From the IMG/VR virus record IMGVR_UViG_3300017989_000015, positions 1 to 60,167 of that record: a DNA stretch of 60,167 bases, one strand, 5' to 3'. A program made the position numbers and the translations under genes. The notes under the pieces were generated by a model, which was not told the DNA's origin, did not search any database, and saw only the letters and a list, made by a program, of their open reading frames with translations. The stretch's first letter is position 1, and every line of letters starts with the position of its first letter. The DNA comes from a virus (lineage: Duplodnaviria > Caudoviricetes). This document shows positions 35,234 through 46,700 of this stretch, piece after piece.

Positions 35234-35270
35234 ACGGAGGAACCCGAGGCGTCGCAGGCCCCGGCCAAAC

Positions 35271-35627
35271 CTACCGCCTGTCGAGAGCTTCCCGCAGGTG
35301 GTAGCGTTCTACAGGGTTCTCTCCTTTATCGACCTTGCCATGCGCTAGCGTACTTCCAGCAAAGGCCGCTATCGTATAGCCCACCGTGGCGACGAGCCAT
35401 TCTCGCCATGTAGCAGGCGCAGGCATGAACAGCATCCCAATGGCTGCCCAATAGAACGCCTGGACGACGACGAAGGCCAGGACAGCCACCGCTATGCGCT
35501 TGAGCGTGATCTCAAGTTGCGCTGCCCAATAGAACGCTTCCTCCATTTTCTTCCATAGGTACGCCGTCACGATCCCGATTCCCGCTCCTGAGAGCCCCCA
35601 TCCGATCAGCAATTCTTCGAATGTCAT
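35271..35627 (-). CDS. Holin-like membrane protein (3 TM)
   Basis: Small, 3 hydrophobic helices, charged C-terminus, at the end of the tail module. Confidence 0.55.
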   Translation of the reverse strand: MTFEELLIGWGLSGAGIGIVTAYLWKKMEEAFYWAAQLEITLKRIAVAVLAFVVVQAFYWAAIGMLFMPAPATWREWLVATVGYTIAAFAGSTLAHGKVDKGENPVERYHLREALDRR

Positions 35628-35628
35628 G

Positions 35629-35967
35629 CTACTTCCCCTTTCGCTCTTGGCTTATGCGAATGCTCACTATACACATCGCTATTAGCCCAATGTCTATGAT
35701 GATCATGCTCAATATTTGGATTAGCGCCGGCCATAGCGTTACGCTCGCTCGTATCATAATCAGCCATAGCGCAACCGAAGAGTTCCCAACTAACAGAATC
35801 GCCAACGCGAGTGCAAGCCCGAAGAACAGGCTGGCAGTTTGACGTTCCGCTTTCCTGCGAGATCGTCTCATCGTATCAAACGTAACCGATAAGAGAACTC
35901 CCGCTGGCGGAATGCCGATCATACCCAGGACAACGTATCCGAAGCGGATTGCCGTCAACATATTCAT
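35629..35967 (-). CDS. Membrane protein (3 TM)
   Basis: Hydrophobic segments; lysis-cluster position. Confidence 0.5.
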   Translation of the reverse strand: MNMLTAIRFGYVVLGMIGIPPAGVLLSVTFDTMRRSRRKAERQTASLFFGLALALAILLVGNSSVALWLIMIRASVTLWPALIQILSMIIIDIGLIAMCIVSIRISQERKGK

Positions 35968-36281
35968 TTGGGCCGTTCCTGGAGAAGGGCGATTATCCGC
36001 TCCTGCCTCTCGGCAGCGCGCTCTTCGTTTCCAAGTCGCTCGAATGCCGTAGAGTTTCTATCCAGCGCAGCTGCTACTTTCTCCAATATCTCTGCCTGAC
36101 AGGTCTGGATATCCTGGACTAACAGTCGATACGCCTCCAGTTGCTCCTCCTTGTCCTTCGTACGCTCTTTCTTGTGAATCTCTCGGTCTTTCAGCCATAG
36201 CCTCCCCACTATGATTATCCCCACCAGGAGAATCGCAGGGGTTCCGCCTGCTAGCAGTTGCTGAATCAGTGCAAAGTCCAT
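35964..36281 (-). CDS. Holin-like protein (1 TM + coiled coil)
   Basis: N-terminal TM helix followed by a coiled coil. Confidence 0.5.
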   Translation of the reverse strand: MDFALIQQLLAGGTPAILLVGIIIVGRLWLKDREIHKKERTKDKEEQLEAYRLLVQDIQTCQAEILEKVAAALDRNSTAFERLGNEERAAERQERIIALLQERPK

Positions 36282-36302
36282 CCTCTCCCCCTCGTCTCTC
36301 CG

Positions 36303-36539
36303 CTAGTCCATGGTCATCCGATCTTGCTCACTAAACCCCAGCTTGTGCAATGGGCTCGCGTCGTTATCAGTCGCTTGGCTCGCTGGTCGAAAGTAACAAT
36401 CTTCCGCCCAGCCTCGAAGCGCTTCTTGGGCATCACTGCCAAAGCCGAAGCAGAACGTCGTATCATCGCTGACGACAATCTGCCCACGTTCATCTCGCAC
36501 AATAGAGAGCTTGATATGGCCAAGGAGTTGATCGCTCAT
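36303..36539 (-). CDS. HicB-like small protein
   Basis: FGFGSDAQEAL motif. Confidence 0.35.
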   Translation of the reverse strand: MSDQLLGHIKLSIVRDERGQIVVSDDTTFCFGFGSDAQEALRGWAEDCYFRPASQATDNDASPLHKLGFSEQDRMTMD

Positions 36540-39500
36540 TCTGTCTCCAACATCGGCGGCGGCTCTCGATCCTCAATCACCACCAACCTGCTGCCCTCTA
36601 CACTGCTAAAGTAGAACTCGGCCAAAAAATCATCCCACTGGCTCGCCTCAGTGAACGTGAACAGCGTCCCACCGACGTATTCGTCAAACTCTAGTGCGCT
36701 GCTTGTTTGTGGGAAGTAGATGGCCACACCCTTTGCGTCTCGCAGCTCCACATAGGCGCTATAGCCTGGCCCGTACATCATGCCGCCCACTGCGTGTGAG
36801 ACCAACACATAATCGTCTATTGCCGCGATCAGAGCCTGACACGCCGTCTTGAGCGATTCATCCTCTGCTTTCCGTAATAGCTCTAGCGCAAAGTCGCCCA
36901 GGTCGATGTATTCATCCGCAGGTGTCAGGTAGAAATAGTCCAACGTATCGAACCGCTGCGCCCATTTGCGGCCTGCCAGCACCATCGCTCTATCGGTTTT
37001 ACGCAACACATCGACAAGATCGTTCAATCTGTCCATAACTGGTCCGATTTTCGACAGGTCAACCGCTGAGGAGGTGCGCGGATCGCCTTTGAGCTTTTCG
37101 TGCGCGTGATAGGCGTCGGCGATGCCGATTGCCAACTCTCTTGGCGTCACGCCCGTGTCCGCGATCTTGGCGTATTCGTCATAGGCGAACACACTCCAGC
37201 CTAGGTTCTCATAGGCGACATAATAATCTGCCACGTCCCTGACCTGGTAGCCGTTCTCCAGCATGGCCATCAGGCAGGCGTCGGCGTGCAATACGTCGAT
37301 ATGCTGGCCTGTAAGCGCCGCCCGCAATTCGCTGGGGCTCAGATTATCCTTGTAACTCGTATCATCATAGGCGATGCCATGCGTGCCACGACCGTGATCC
37401 GAAACCGCCAGATAGGTGTACTCGCTGGGATACCGCGCCGTGGCCCAAACGACGAAATCCCTGAGCGTGGCCGTTTCGCCGGTATTGACCTCGCCCAAGT
37501 CCCAACTGTTCACCAGGTCGGTATACGGGCCGTCGCTTTGTGGCTCGACATAGTAGGCCAGCGCCTCGTATGGCCCGTCAACAAACAATATAACATGCGT
37601 GTTATTCAGTGGCAACAGCATTTCCAGGTAGCCGATAGCCCTGCCAAAGTAGTAGGCCAGATTGTTGTCGCCAGCCATGTAGATCATCATCGTCCAGGTC
37701 TTCTTTTCCTTCGGCGTCACGCTCGGCTCACGAAACGCTTCGACCTTGTGCGTATAGCGCGAGCCGATCACTGAGAACTCGGTACAATCAGGTACGTCGA
37801 ACCCGAGCGTTACCCAGTCGCCGGTCGATCCCACTTCCTGGCCAAACGCCTCGCCTCCAGCGATGACTGTCACCGTCTGGCCGACCGGGAACACTGTGAC
37901 CTCTACCCTGCGCACCACAAAGGGCGCCTCGGCCTGGAACGTCTGTTCCTCGATGATGTCTCGGCACTGTCTACCATAAACGCCGCCGCCACCTCTTGGT
38001 AGCTCGTCTCGCCATACCCGCTCTGCAGGGCCTTCCGTCTGCAGTCCCTGGGTCCAGTTACCCATGTAGCCTGAGACGCCGCCTGTCCCCCAACTCTGCT
38101 TCTCGAACTCTCGGTCGCGTAGCACTGCCCAGATGCTAGGCGTGTCCTCAATAGATACGCCGATATGCTGGCCTACCCAGCGAGTCCATTCGCTCTCGAT
38201 GGTTAGGTATTCCGGATGAACACTGATCACGTCGGGCCAGTAGTGGAGCCCCGCTAGGTAGGCCCAGTAGCGCTTCTCCTCATTGCCCAAGCCTGTTGGA
38301 GATTCTACCCAAATGGGCAGCGTCCTGGAGTAAACTCTCTCCATGTCCCATGAGCCCGGCCAGAAGGTGCCGTATCCCTGATGGCTATCCAGATCAACAA
38401 CCATCCCTGAATGCTTGAGTCCGATGGGCGGATCATAGGTCGCCGCCGCGTTAGCCGTTACCTCTCGTAACTCTTTTGGTGCGTTATTGATAAAGATGGT
38501 CTTGCTCGGCAAAGCCTCTCGGTAGACGCCCATCAATTCCAGCACGAACTCCTCAAATGTCTTTTCCAGTCCTGGATACTGCTCATTCATAGCCTTTGTC
38601 TTCCAGGCGTAAGCGCCAGCGTCCTTCGTCGCCTGGCTCTCCCCATCTATGCCCGTAGGGATGACGACTGCCTTTACGCGGTCGTCGTTGTTGTACCTCG
38701 CTCCAAATGCCCTAGCGATGTCGTACTGAATTTCTCGCCACTGGGCGTTGTCGTAGGGAGGAATCACTGCTGTTCTGTCCAGGTAGGTCATCACGTATGG
38801 AGCTGGCCAATGAGGAGCGCCCCAGTAGATAAAGTCATGGCCGTCCTCTCCTGGGATGTCGCTGGTATACCCAATCACGCCAGCGAACACAACCGGCTTG
38901 GCCACCTCTGAGCCGTCCCAAAGCGTGACCATCAGCCCGTCCTCTTTGGCAAGGTTCGCCTCCATCGCGTCCCAATTATAGATACCTGGCGAGGGATTCG
39001 TCCTGCACGTATCTATCCACTGATCGCTGCCAATCGGCCCGTATTCGGGATACGTTGTCTGATAGTCCGTGCCATAGTCGAACATCTTATAGATGATCGG
39101 CAGAGGCGTCTGATTCGGACCAGGCGTCGGCGTTATCGTGGCCGTCGCTGGCGGAACCGTCGGTCTCGGCGTATAGGTGCGGGTGGGGGCAATTGTACGT
39201 GTGGATGTAGGTTTGAGAGTCTGCGTGGCGGTCGGGACTGGTGTCGGGATATAAGCCCACAGACTTTCCTCATATACGCACCCCCTAGCGTAGATGTAGA
39301 CGATTGCATTGGTACCCACAGTCCAGCAGAACGTCTCGCTGTCAATCTCGATCTGCATCACATAGTTGAGCGGAGCGGCTTTGGATTCAGAATCGCCTCC
39401 ACCGCTCATGCTCAACCATATGTCCCTATCGGTATGCCAGTCAATACCTAGCCGTTCCTGTGCTTCACGGGCAATAGCAACAGCGTATCGGGCAGGCAAA

Positions 39501-39982
39501 CTTGCCCACGGCGTGGCCGTAGCGATAGGAACAGTTGGCACAGATGTCTGGGTATCCGTAGGAATAGGTGAAATTGTCTTCGTAGGCCGAGTAGTCTCTG
39601 TAGGAGTAGGCGGCGTCGTGGGCGTTCCCAACGACGAGACGTGGATCACCTCCTTCGCATGAGACATGGTAAACGGATACGTCACCGGCTCGTAGCCTTC
39701 CGCCTCTGCCCATATAGTGTACTCCTCTCCTATGACTCCCCACGCTGTTCCGCAGCCATTCGTCGTATTTGTCGTGTATCTGATCCCACCTCCTCGTCCA
39801 AACTCGAACTGGTCAATCACTGGTGGCTCGAAACAGATCAATGGATAGGCGTAGTCAGCCAGCACTCCGACAGACCCCGGATAAGAAGTCGGGACATATG
39901 TCGGCCTGGGCGCAGGCGTGGGATGACACCCACAAAGGATCGCCACAATCAGCGCCAGCACCGCCGTGAGTCTCAGTTTCAT
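36536..39982 (-). CDS. Lipoprotein with PT-rich linkers, a GH-A-like hydrolase domain and a clostripain (C11) peptidase domain
   Basis: Lipobox ILCGC; YNWD...AFGARYNNDDRV...GIDGE; WTMMIYMAGDNNL with catalytic SDHG and DACLM. Confidence 0.8.
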   Translation of the reverse strand: MKLRLTAVLALIVAILCGCHPTPAPRPTYVPTSYPGSVGVLADYAYPLICFEPPVIDQFEFGRGGGIRYTTNTTNGCGTAWGVIGEEYTIWAEAEGYEPVTYPFTMSHAKEVIHVSSLGTPTTPPTPTETTRPTKTISPIPTDTQTSVPTVPIATATPWASLPARYAVAIAREAQERLGIDWHTDRDIWLSMSGGGDSESKAAPLNYVMQIEIDSETFCWTVGTNAIVYIYARGCVYEESLWAYIPTPVPTATQTLKPTSTRTIAPTRTYTPRPTVPPATATITPTPGPNQTPLPIIYKMFDYGTDYQTTYPEYGPIGSDQWIDTCRTNPSPGIYNWDAMEANLAKEDGLMVTLWDGSEVAKPVVFAGVIGYTSDIPGEDGHDFIYWGAPHWPAPYVMTYLDRTAVIPPYDNAQWREIQYDIARAFGARYNNDDRVKAVVIPTGIDGESQATKDAGAYAWKTKAMNEQYPGLEKTFEEFVLELMGVYREALPSKTIFINNAPKELREVTANAAATYDPPIGLKHSGMVVDLDSHQGYGTFWPGSWDMERVYSRTLPIWVESPTGLGNEEKRYWAYLAGLHYWPDVISVHPEYLTIESEWTRWVGQHIGVSIEDTPSIWAVLRDREFEKQSWGTGGVSGYMGNWTQGLQTEGPAERVWRDELPRGGGGVYGRQCRDIIEEQTFQAEAPFVVRRVEVTVFPVGQTVTVIAGGEAFGQEVGSTGDWVTLGFDVPDCTEFSVIGSRYTHKVEAFREPSVTPKEKKTWTMMIYMAGDNNLAYYFGRAIGYLEMLLPLNNTHVILFVDGPYEALAYYVEPQSDGPYTDLVNSWDLGEVNTGETATLRDFVVWATARYPSEYTYLAVSDHGRGTHGIAYDDTSYKDNLSPSELRAALTGQHIDVLHADACLMAMLENGYQVRDVADYYVAYENLGWSVFAYDEYAKIADTGVTPRELAIGIADAYHAHEKLKGDPRTSSAVDLSKIGPVMDRLNDLVDVLRKTDRAMVLAGRKWAQRFDTLDYFYLTPADEYIDLGDFALELLRKAEDESLKTACQALIAAIDDYVLVSHAVGGMMYGPGYSAYVELRDAKGVAIYFPQTSSALEFDEYVGGTLFTFTEASQWDDFLAEFYFSSVEGSRLVVIEDREPPPMLETE

Positions 39983-40410
39983 GACGACTCTTCCTGAGTC
40001 ACTACCCTCACCGGTACAGTGAAAGTCAGCCCGTCCAACTGCTCCCGCAGCGCCTGAATACGCGCCAGGGAGATTTCGACAGCGGTATTCAGTTCTCGCA
40101 ACCCAGGCAGGGATACCGCCAGCGGATCAGGAACCTCCTGCCCCGCCGCTTCCAACTGTGCGGTATATGCCCGTCGCACTTGCTCCTCTATGCGGTCGAT
40201 GGTGCCGTCCTGGTGACGGATATTTCCGTCACCATCGTCCAGGTCTCGGCCGCAAATCGACATCAACTGGTTTTCAATCTGCTGGAATCGCTCGGATAGA
40301 AACCCCATGCTCCTATAGTCCACCGTCATCTGCTCCATTTGTTCAGCCATCTCGCTCCTTGTTGGCTTGCGCCAATGCTTTTCGCTTTTCGTCTTCTGGT
40401 AGCGCGTCAA
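39979..40410 (-). CDS. Hypothetical coiled-coil protein
   Basis: 143 aa in the late operon. Confidence 0.5.
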   Translation of the reverse strand: MTRYQKTKSEKHWRKPTRSEMAEQMEQMTVDYRSMGFLSERFQQIENQLMSICGRDLDDGDGNIRHQDGTIDRIEEQVRRAYTAQLEAAGQEVPDPLAVSLPGLRELNTAVEISLARIQALREQLDGLTFTVPVRVVTQEESS

Positions 40411-40747
40411 AAGCGTCCTTCGCCTGCGCGTCCTTGATTAGTCCCGCCATCCGCTCGATCAGCTCCCCGAATGCGGCCATGATCTGATCTGTCCACTTGG
40501 AGAATGACCAGTGCTGGCCGTTCTCCAAGTGCCAGTGCAACTGGGCCAACTCGTTGACGTTCAAGTCAATGCTGAGGCTACGTTCTCCTCTCGGATCGAG
40601 CCTGGTGCTTCCTTCCGGCGCAATGGCCTGGAGCCGCCGCGCCAGGTCGCGAGAGGCCATGGCCTCGGCGTATGATTGACCCGACTGCGCCATCTGCGCG
40701 GCCTGAAACAATATCGCGGATTCGAACACGTTGAGCTTGACGTGCAT
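40343..40747 (-). CDS. Hypothetical protein after the tail tip (possible chaperone)
   Basis: 134 aa, GGAGG Shine-Dalgarno. Confidence 0.5.
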   Translation of the reverse strand: MHVKLNVFESAILFQAAQMAQSGQSYAEAMASRDLARRLQAIAPEGSTRLDPRGERSLSIDLNVNELAQLHWHLENGQHWSFSKWTDQIMAAFGELIERMAGLIKDAQAKDAFDALPEDEKRKALAQANKERDG

Positions 40748-40756
40748 TGTTCCTCC

Positions 40757-42940
40757 CTATGGTGCTATTTGTGTGCCCGTGTTGAGCGCCAACGCATGTG
40801 TGTGCGAGCTGGAAAAGGTGTGCGTATGACTGGTCGATTTGATGTATCCTATTTTTGTACTCTGGTCGGTATCATATACATCGATCCACCCCCTATCGCC
40901 CTCAGACCCCGCTGTCCAGTCGCTCGTCGTACCCGACGCAGTCCCAGGATTCGTATTCCCGTTTATCGCGTGTTTGTGGTCTGCCAGGTCCGCCAGCACC
41001 ATCGCTCGGAATGTTGGCGCAGCCGCCCCGCCCGATGTTGGTCCCGCGAAAATCGTGTTGGCGCTTTGCGTGTCCAGACCCAGCTCCTGGCCGGTCAACG
41101 ACAAAAGATTGCTGTTGAGCGTTGCGCTCAGTGTCACCGCGTCGTGGCCGTCGCTCAGGTCGTCCATGGAAAGCTCCGCGCCAATGTAGCGCGTCCCATC
41201 GGACTTGAGCACGTAATCGAGCGTGTTGTCGTTTAGGATCACGCCCTTATTAGCGGCGGTAATCCGCACGTCGTTGTTGAAATACGCGCCGTTCCACTGA
41301 TAGGTCGCGTCGCCCAACCTCAGCGCTCCCGTCCTGGACTGCAGCGTTGTTGTCACGAGTCGCATTTGCTCGACGCCGCCCACAAAAAACCGTTGCCCTA
41401 ATGGCGCGTCGTACGTTATGTATGATCCAAATTGCATCCACGCATCTGTTTCCGTTGTGCCCACCGCTCTCAGCAGGTACACATAAGCCGTGCTGCTATC
41501 GAGCCAGATGTTTGCGCCGACCTTGACATCGTCGCCGGCGTTGGCGGGATACAAGAACGGGTCTCCCGCCGTGTCGCGGTCCCAAAGCAATGCGCCTGGA
41601 ACAGATAAGTCAATCGTATTCGTGGGCACATCGCCAGTAATGACTGTAGATAGATCCGCGCTCTCGAACGTGACATAAGAAGGATTGGTATTGGTAAATG
41701 GCACCCTTGTCAGTTCAGCATATAACGCCAGCTCGACCGGGCTCGGTGGCGTTCCATCATTTGCCAGCCCACCTCCTCCACTCGATTCCTCAATGTTATT
41801 GGAGAGCGTCTTCTCATATCGCCCGAACGTTAGTCCGATTGTCTCTTCCCCATTGATATCCAGGGTGAACTGAATGCTCTGAACCTCGCTATTCTCAGCC
41901 GGGATCGAGAGATATTGGCTGGCTATCGTGACCTCATCTCCTGGCTCAAACTCCCAATCCTCGGTCTGTCCCACCGACATCATTTCTGACTCTGCAAAGT
42001 CGAACTCGAATCCGATGCGCTGCGCTCGCGCCTTGAGCAACATATCCAATGCGTCTGTATCATCTGTCTGGGCCTGAATCTCATGCCTTCCATAAAGGGC
42101 GATGCTGGCAGCGTCTTTGACCTCGGTTTGCAGGTCTTTCGAGAATACGACGTTGGCAAATCCAATTGCCGGGCGATAGCGCCTGGCAGCGGTAATCTCA
42201 CCACTGGCATCGTTGATGATGATGGGCGCTCTGACCCCGTTTCCCTCCGTCTTATCTACGCCTCGCGACGGATAGAACGTCTCGAACACCATCTGATTTG
42301 CGATGCCGCCCGTCTTCTCTAGCCGGACGCGCCAGTCCACATCCCAATTGACGCCATACTTCTGTAAAAACTGATAGAGGTCAACGCCGCTTCCTTGGTC
42401 GAGGGCCTGAGAGACTGGGTGAGAACTCGTGTCTGCAGCAATCGTGAGGCCTGGAATGGCCCGTGAACTAGCGCCAGGCCCATCGTAGGCGTTCGGGCCA
42501 CACACATGATCGACCATCCATTTTATGTTATCGTCTATCGTACCTGCCGGCGTCGTGAGCTTATCCGTCCCGCCATCAGGATAGCCGAACTTGCCCAGGA
42601 ATATCTGGTCCAAGGGTACCAGATTGAACATAATATACTCATCTAGATACTGGCTAGTGATAGTATAGCCGCGGTCATCCTTTGCCAGCATAAAGTCGCG
42701 AATCTGAACGCCATCTCGGAAAGAGCGAATGTACCAATTCCCCGCGGCAAGAAAGTCCTCCGCAACGGTAGATTCGATATGAATAGAGAGCGAGCCATCA
42801 CCGTATCCGTAAATGCCCCACTTGACAGCCCAGCCTACGGCTTCGTCCAGTAGGCCGACTGTATCTAGTGAGGAGTCAATCAGCTCTAACTCCCAATCTT
42901 CCCATCTATGCGGTCGCCAGATTCCAGATTCATATGGCAT
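40757..42940 (-). CDS. Tail tip / baseplate hub protein with a fibre-like C-terminus
   Basis: Follows the Dit-like gene; FAGPTSGGAAAPTFRAMV and HTH/SHTH fibre motifs. Confidence 0.7.
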   Translation of the reverse strand: MPYESGIWRPHRWEDWELELIDSSLDTVGLLDEAVGWAVKWGIYGYGDGSLSIHIESTVAEDFLAAGNWYIRSFRDGVQIRDFMLAKDDRGYTITSQYLDEYIMFNLVPLDQIFLGKFGYPDGGTDKLTTPAGTIDDNIKWMVDHVCGPNAYDGPGASSRAIPGLTIAADTSSHPVSQALDQGSGVDLYQFLQKYGVNWDVDWRVRLEKTGGIANQMVFETFYPSRGVDKTEGNGVRAPIIINDASGEITAARRYRPAIGFANVVFSKDLQTEVKDAASIALYGRHEIQAQTDDTDALDMLLKARAQRIGFEFDFAESEMMSVGQTEDWEFEPGDEVTIASQYLSIPAENSEVQSIQFTLDINGEETIGLTFGRYEKTLSNNIEESSGGGGLANDGTPPSPVELALYAELTRVPFTNTNPSYVTFESADLSTVITGDVPTNTIDLSVPGALLWDRDTAGDPFLYPANAGDDVKVGANIWLDSSTAYVYLLRAVGTTETDAWMQFGSYITYDAPLGQRFFVGGVEQMRLVTTTLQSRTGALRLGDATYQWNGAYFNNDVRITAANKGVILNDNTLDYVLKSDGTRYIGAELSMDDLSDGHDAVTLSATLNSNLLSLTGQELGLDTQSANTIFAGPTSGGAAAPTFRAMVLADLADHKHAINGNTNPGTASGTTSDWTAGSEGDRGWIDVYDTDQSTKIGYIKSTSHTHTFSSSHTHALALNTGTQIAP

Positions 42941-43734
42941 TAGATAAACGCCTCAAAATAGTTGTACCAGTATAGCGTCAATACGCCTGTCCCCGCTGCG
43001 GCTACCATGTCGAGCGTCCCACTTCCGACAGGGAGCTTTGCCTTCCTGAAACTCGTTGCGCTTGTGCGATACCCATACGCCTTGGAATCAGCCCCAACGT
43101 TGGGACGATACCAGACAGTGGCCGGTGTGCGCGTATTTACGTCCAGCTCATCGTTGAGCGGAATATCCAGGTCGAACTCGATCTCCCATTCTGTAGAATA
43201 ACTGACCTTTGGATCTGTTACCGCCCCGGCAAAGTTGAGCCGTACCCAGGTAGGAACCGTGCCTTGATTATCGAAGGCGATCGTCGTAGGCACTGCTGCG
43301 GTATAGGCCACAGAATCGCTCTGCTCTGCCGATTCCTTCCAGAGCGGGAGTGCTGCCGTGTAAACCTGTGTCACGGTTGCATAACGAATACCTACTTCGC
43401 TCCACTGTGGTGTCTCTGGAACAGCCGTCAACTGAAGAACTCGCCCAGAGGTCATCACGCGCTCGACCGTCCTCTCCCCTCCGTTCTTCGTGTGCAGGTC
43501 TTCCCACCAGTTCATCAGCTCAGGAATGGATTTGGTTCGGCTCGCGCCTAGCCTCATCACAAGCGTGTATTCTCTGTTCAGCGCCTTGCTGTCCCGGTAA
43601 AGGTTCATCTGACGGTCGCCCTGCTCCTCGATGGCATTCAGACGTCCGTTCAGGTCAATCTCTGATTCGATGTAGGCGTGTTCCCATGAGCCGTCGTTCG
43701 CCCAGATTGTCTCCGAGTCAAACTTGATATACAT
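42940..43734 (-). CDS. Distal tail (Dit-like) protein
   Basis: Directly after the tape measure; NQGTVPTW motif. Confidence 0.65.
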   Translation of the reverse strand: MYIKFDSETIWANDGSWEHAYIESEIDLNGRLNAIEEQGDRQMNLYRDSKALNREYTLVMRLGASRTKSIPELMNWWEDLHTKNGGERTVERVMTSGRVLQLTAVPETPQWSEVGIRYATVTQVYTAALPLWKESAEQSDSVAYTAAVPTTIAFDNQGTVPTWVRLNFAGAVTDPKVSYSTEWEIEFDLDIPLNDELDVNTRTPATVWYRPNVGADSKAYGYRTSATSFRKAKLPVGSGTLDMVAAAGTGVLTLYWYNYFEAFI

Positions 43735-43735
43735 G

Positions 43736-46700
43736 CTACACTCCCGCCGTATCTAGGCGCATCGAGATCGTCTGTAGCGACCGCTCAATCCGACCAATCC
43801 GGAATGTTACCATACGCCGTTCTGCCTGATCCTGGACGATGTTCAGCTCCATCTCCATTCTCGTTCCCTCGAAAGCGGATCTAACCGCTGTCCGTATTTG
43901 ATCTGCCCAGGCCGCGCCTCCCATGAGATTGTCTGATTCCGCTTGAAGAGCCTTGATAACGCCCTCTTGAACGATAGAGACGCCGTCTGTCCCTACTGTC
44001 TTGGTTGTAGCCGGAACGTCCTCAATTCCAATAGACCCAAGCCCTGACGCTATAGGCGTCAGGTTGTTGATGGCATTGATGGCCAGCTCCAAGTCCGCAA
44101 TACGGTTCAGTAGCAAGTTGATGTTCCAGATGTTGTCCTCATCGCTCATATTCATGATTTCCATACCGGCTGAGATTGCGTTGCCGATATTGCTGAACAC
44201 GGCTGCGATATTCTCAGAGACCTGGATGCTATAATCAAAGCCGTTCGTAAACAGGTCATCAACGATCTTGAGATGCTCCTGAATGTAGGCGGCGTTCATC
44301 TCCAGATCCGTGAACAGTTCTACTACCACATTCGAGAAGGAGGTGTAATGCTGTCCCGGCTTGAGCGGCGTCTGTACCTGGAGGTCGTTTATCATGCCTG
44401 CAAGATCGAGGATAGAGAATACCTTCTTGATCGTTTCGGTCAGACCAGCGTCCGCCTCGATGTCCGCGCCTGCCTTTTCCCATTCTTCCTTGACTGCCTT
44501 GATGCCCTCACGAACGATAGGCGCTCCCTGTTTCAGCGCCTCGAAGAATCCCGTCAATCTAGTGATAAAGCCCACGCCCGGAGATGTCACGGCAAGATTG
44601 ATGTCCAGCACGGCGAACACTTTTGTGACGTTATCGGCAATCCCAGCAGCCTCGGCCAGTGCCTGCGTCCAAACAGGGTTACTGCTGATCTTCTTGAGAT
44701 AGTCCATGATATAGATACCGACTAACTCAACCTGGCCCATCTTCACCTGAAGACCTCTCCGATCCAGAGAGGCTACCGGCTTTAGATCAGCGAACTCAAG
44801 CTCAATGACCTTGAACACTTTGGTCACATTCTCAGCCACATCCGCAGCCTCGGCTAGTGCCTGCGTCCAGACAGGATTATCCGCAATCTTGCGCAGGTAA
44901 TCCATGATGTAGACGCCAACTACCTCGATCTGGCCCATTTTTACCTGAAGCCCTCGCCGATCAAACGATTTTATCGGCTCTAGGTTGGTAAGCCCAATAT
45001 CCAGAATCTTGAATACCTTGACCACGTTATCAGCGATAGCTGAGGCTTCGTCGAGCGCCTGAACCCAGACCGGATTACTGGCAATAGTGCGCAGATAATC
45101 CATGATCTGCCGACCGGCTATGTCGACCTGTCCCAACTTCTCGTCGATCCCGCCAATACTCAAGTCCTCAAAAGCGCCTACGCCTTTATAGGGTTGGGTC
45201 ATTTGCTCAGTCAGCGTAACCCCAAGCACCTTGAACACTTTGACAATGTTATCAGCAATAGCCGCTGATTCAGCCAGAGCCTGCGTCCAAACGGGATTGC
45301 TTGCAATCTGCCGCAGGTAGTCCAGAATCTGCCTACCCGCCATGTCAATCTGACCCAGCTTCTCCTTGATGCCGCCTATGCTCAAGTCCTCAAAGGCTCC
45401 CTCTCCCCGATAGGGCTGGGTCATTTCCTCAGTGAGGGTAATCCCCAGAACCTTGAAGACCTCAACGACATTATCGACAATCGCAGCCGCCTCCTCCAGT
45501 GCTTGTGTCCAGACAGGATTATCCGCAATCGTTCGCAGATAATCCAGGATGTGCCGGCCTGTGAACTCGACCTGCCCGAAGTATGCGTCAACGTCGGACG
45601 CATATGATTCCGATGAGGCCGGCACAGCCTTATTCAGGCCCACGTCTAATAGCCTGAATACTTCGGTAAGCGGTGCAATGTAATCCTTCACATCGTCGAT
45701 CATGGCTTTCAGATTGTATTGCGGATCGTCGAACCAGCCATAGATAGAGGTCATGGCCCTCTTCACGAACTCGCCCATCCGTTCTAGTCCAGCATATGCC
45801 GCCTCGTCTACCTCTATGTCAGGCAAGGCATCAAGCGCATCCTGAACAGCCTTGATGCTTGAATCGAGGTCTCTTGCAACTTCATCGAGAGTCGCGGTAA
45901 GAGGCTTGGCCGCAGCCTTTGTTTTGGCCGCCGTCCCAGAGAATCCCTTCCCAGTATCTCCCCCGCCATAGTCTCCACCACTCAGCTCAGGTAAGGTGAT
46001 ACTGAAATTGTCCCAGTCCGATTGTAGCTGATCTCGGATTCCTCTTGCCGCGTCTAGCTCGAAGTTCAGAATCTTCAGCGCAGCCTCGGCAGTTGTCTCC
46101 ATCTGATTCAGAACGCCAACGCCGCTATCATGGGCAATCTGTACGCGATTGATGCCGTGCTGTAGCTCGATCTTTTCCTGCTCCGCTAGATCGATGCCCA
46201 GCTCGGAGAGCATTAGCGCCTTCTCTGCACGATTCAGCGCCATGAACTTCTCAGAGCCTTCGAGCTGATTCATGATTCGATCTATGAGGAACTGACGCTG
46301 TTTCTGTAGCTCTTCAACATAGGCTCGCGCCTGATCAAGCTGCTGCTTGAGAATCGTCCTCTGACGAAGTTGCTCCTGGACGCTATAGGCTGCGGACGCC
46401 TTGCTCTCTTGATCTGCAAACTTAGCGGCAAGGTCAGCTGCTTCCTGCTCTCGACCCGCCGCGATGAGCGCATTGTATTCCGCCTGGAATGCCTGCTCTG
46501 CCTGTTGTCGCTCCAGGTTGAAGTTGAACTGAGCGTCGATCTCTGCGTCACGCGCTCCCTGCATAATGTCCGCCAGGCTCTCATTCATGGCATCAAACTG
46601 TGTCTCAGCGGTGTCCTGCATGTCCTCCAGGGCCTCAGCGAACTCATCACTATCAAATGCCTCAGCCAGAATCCCGTCTATCTCTTCCACTTTCCGCGCA

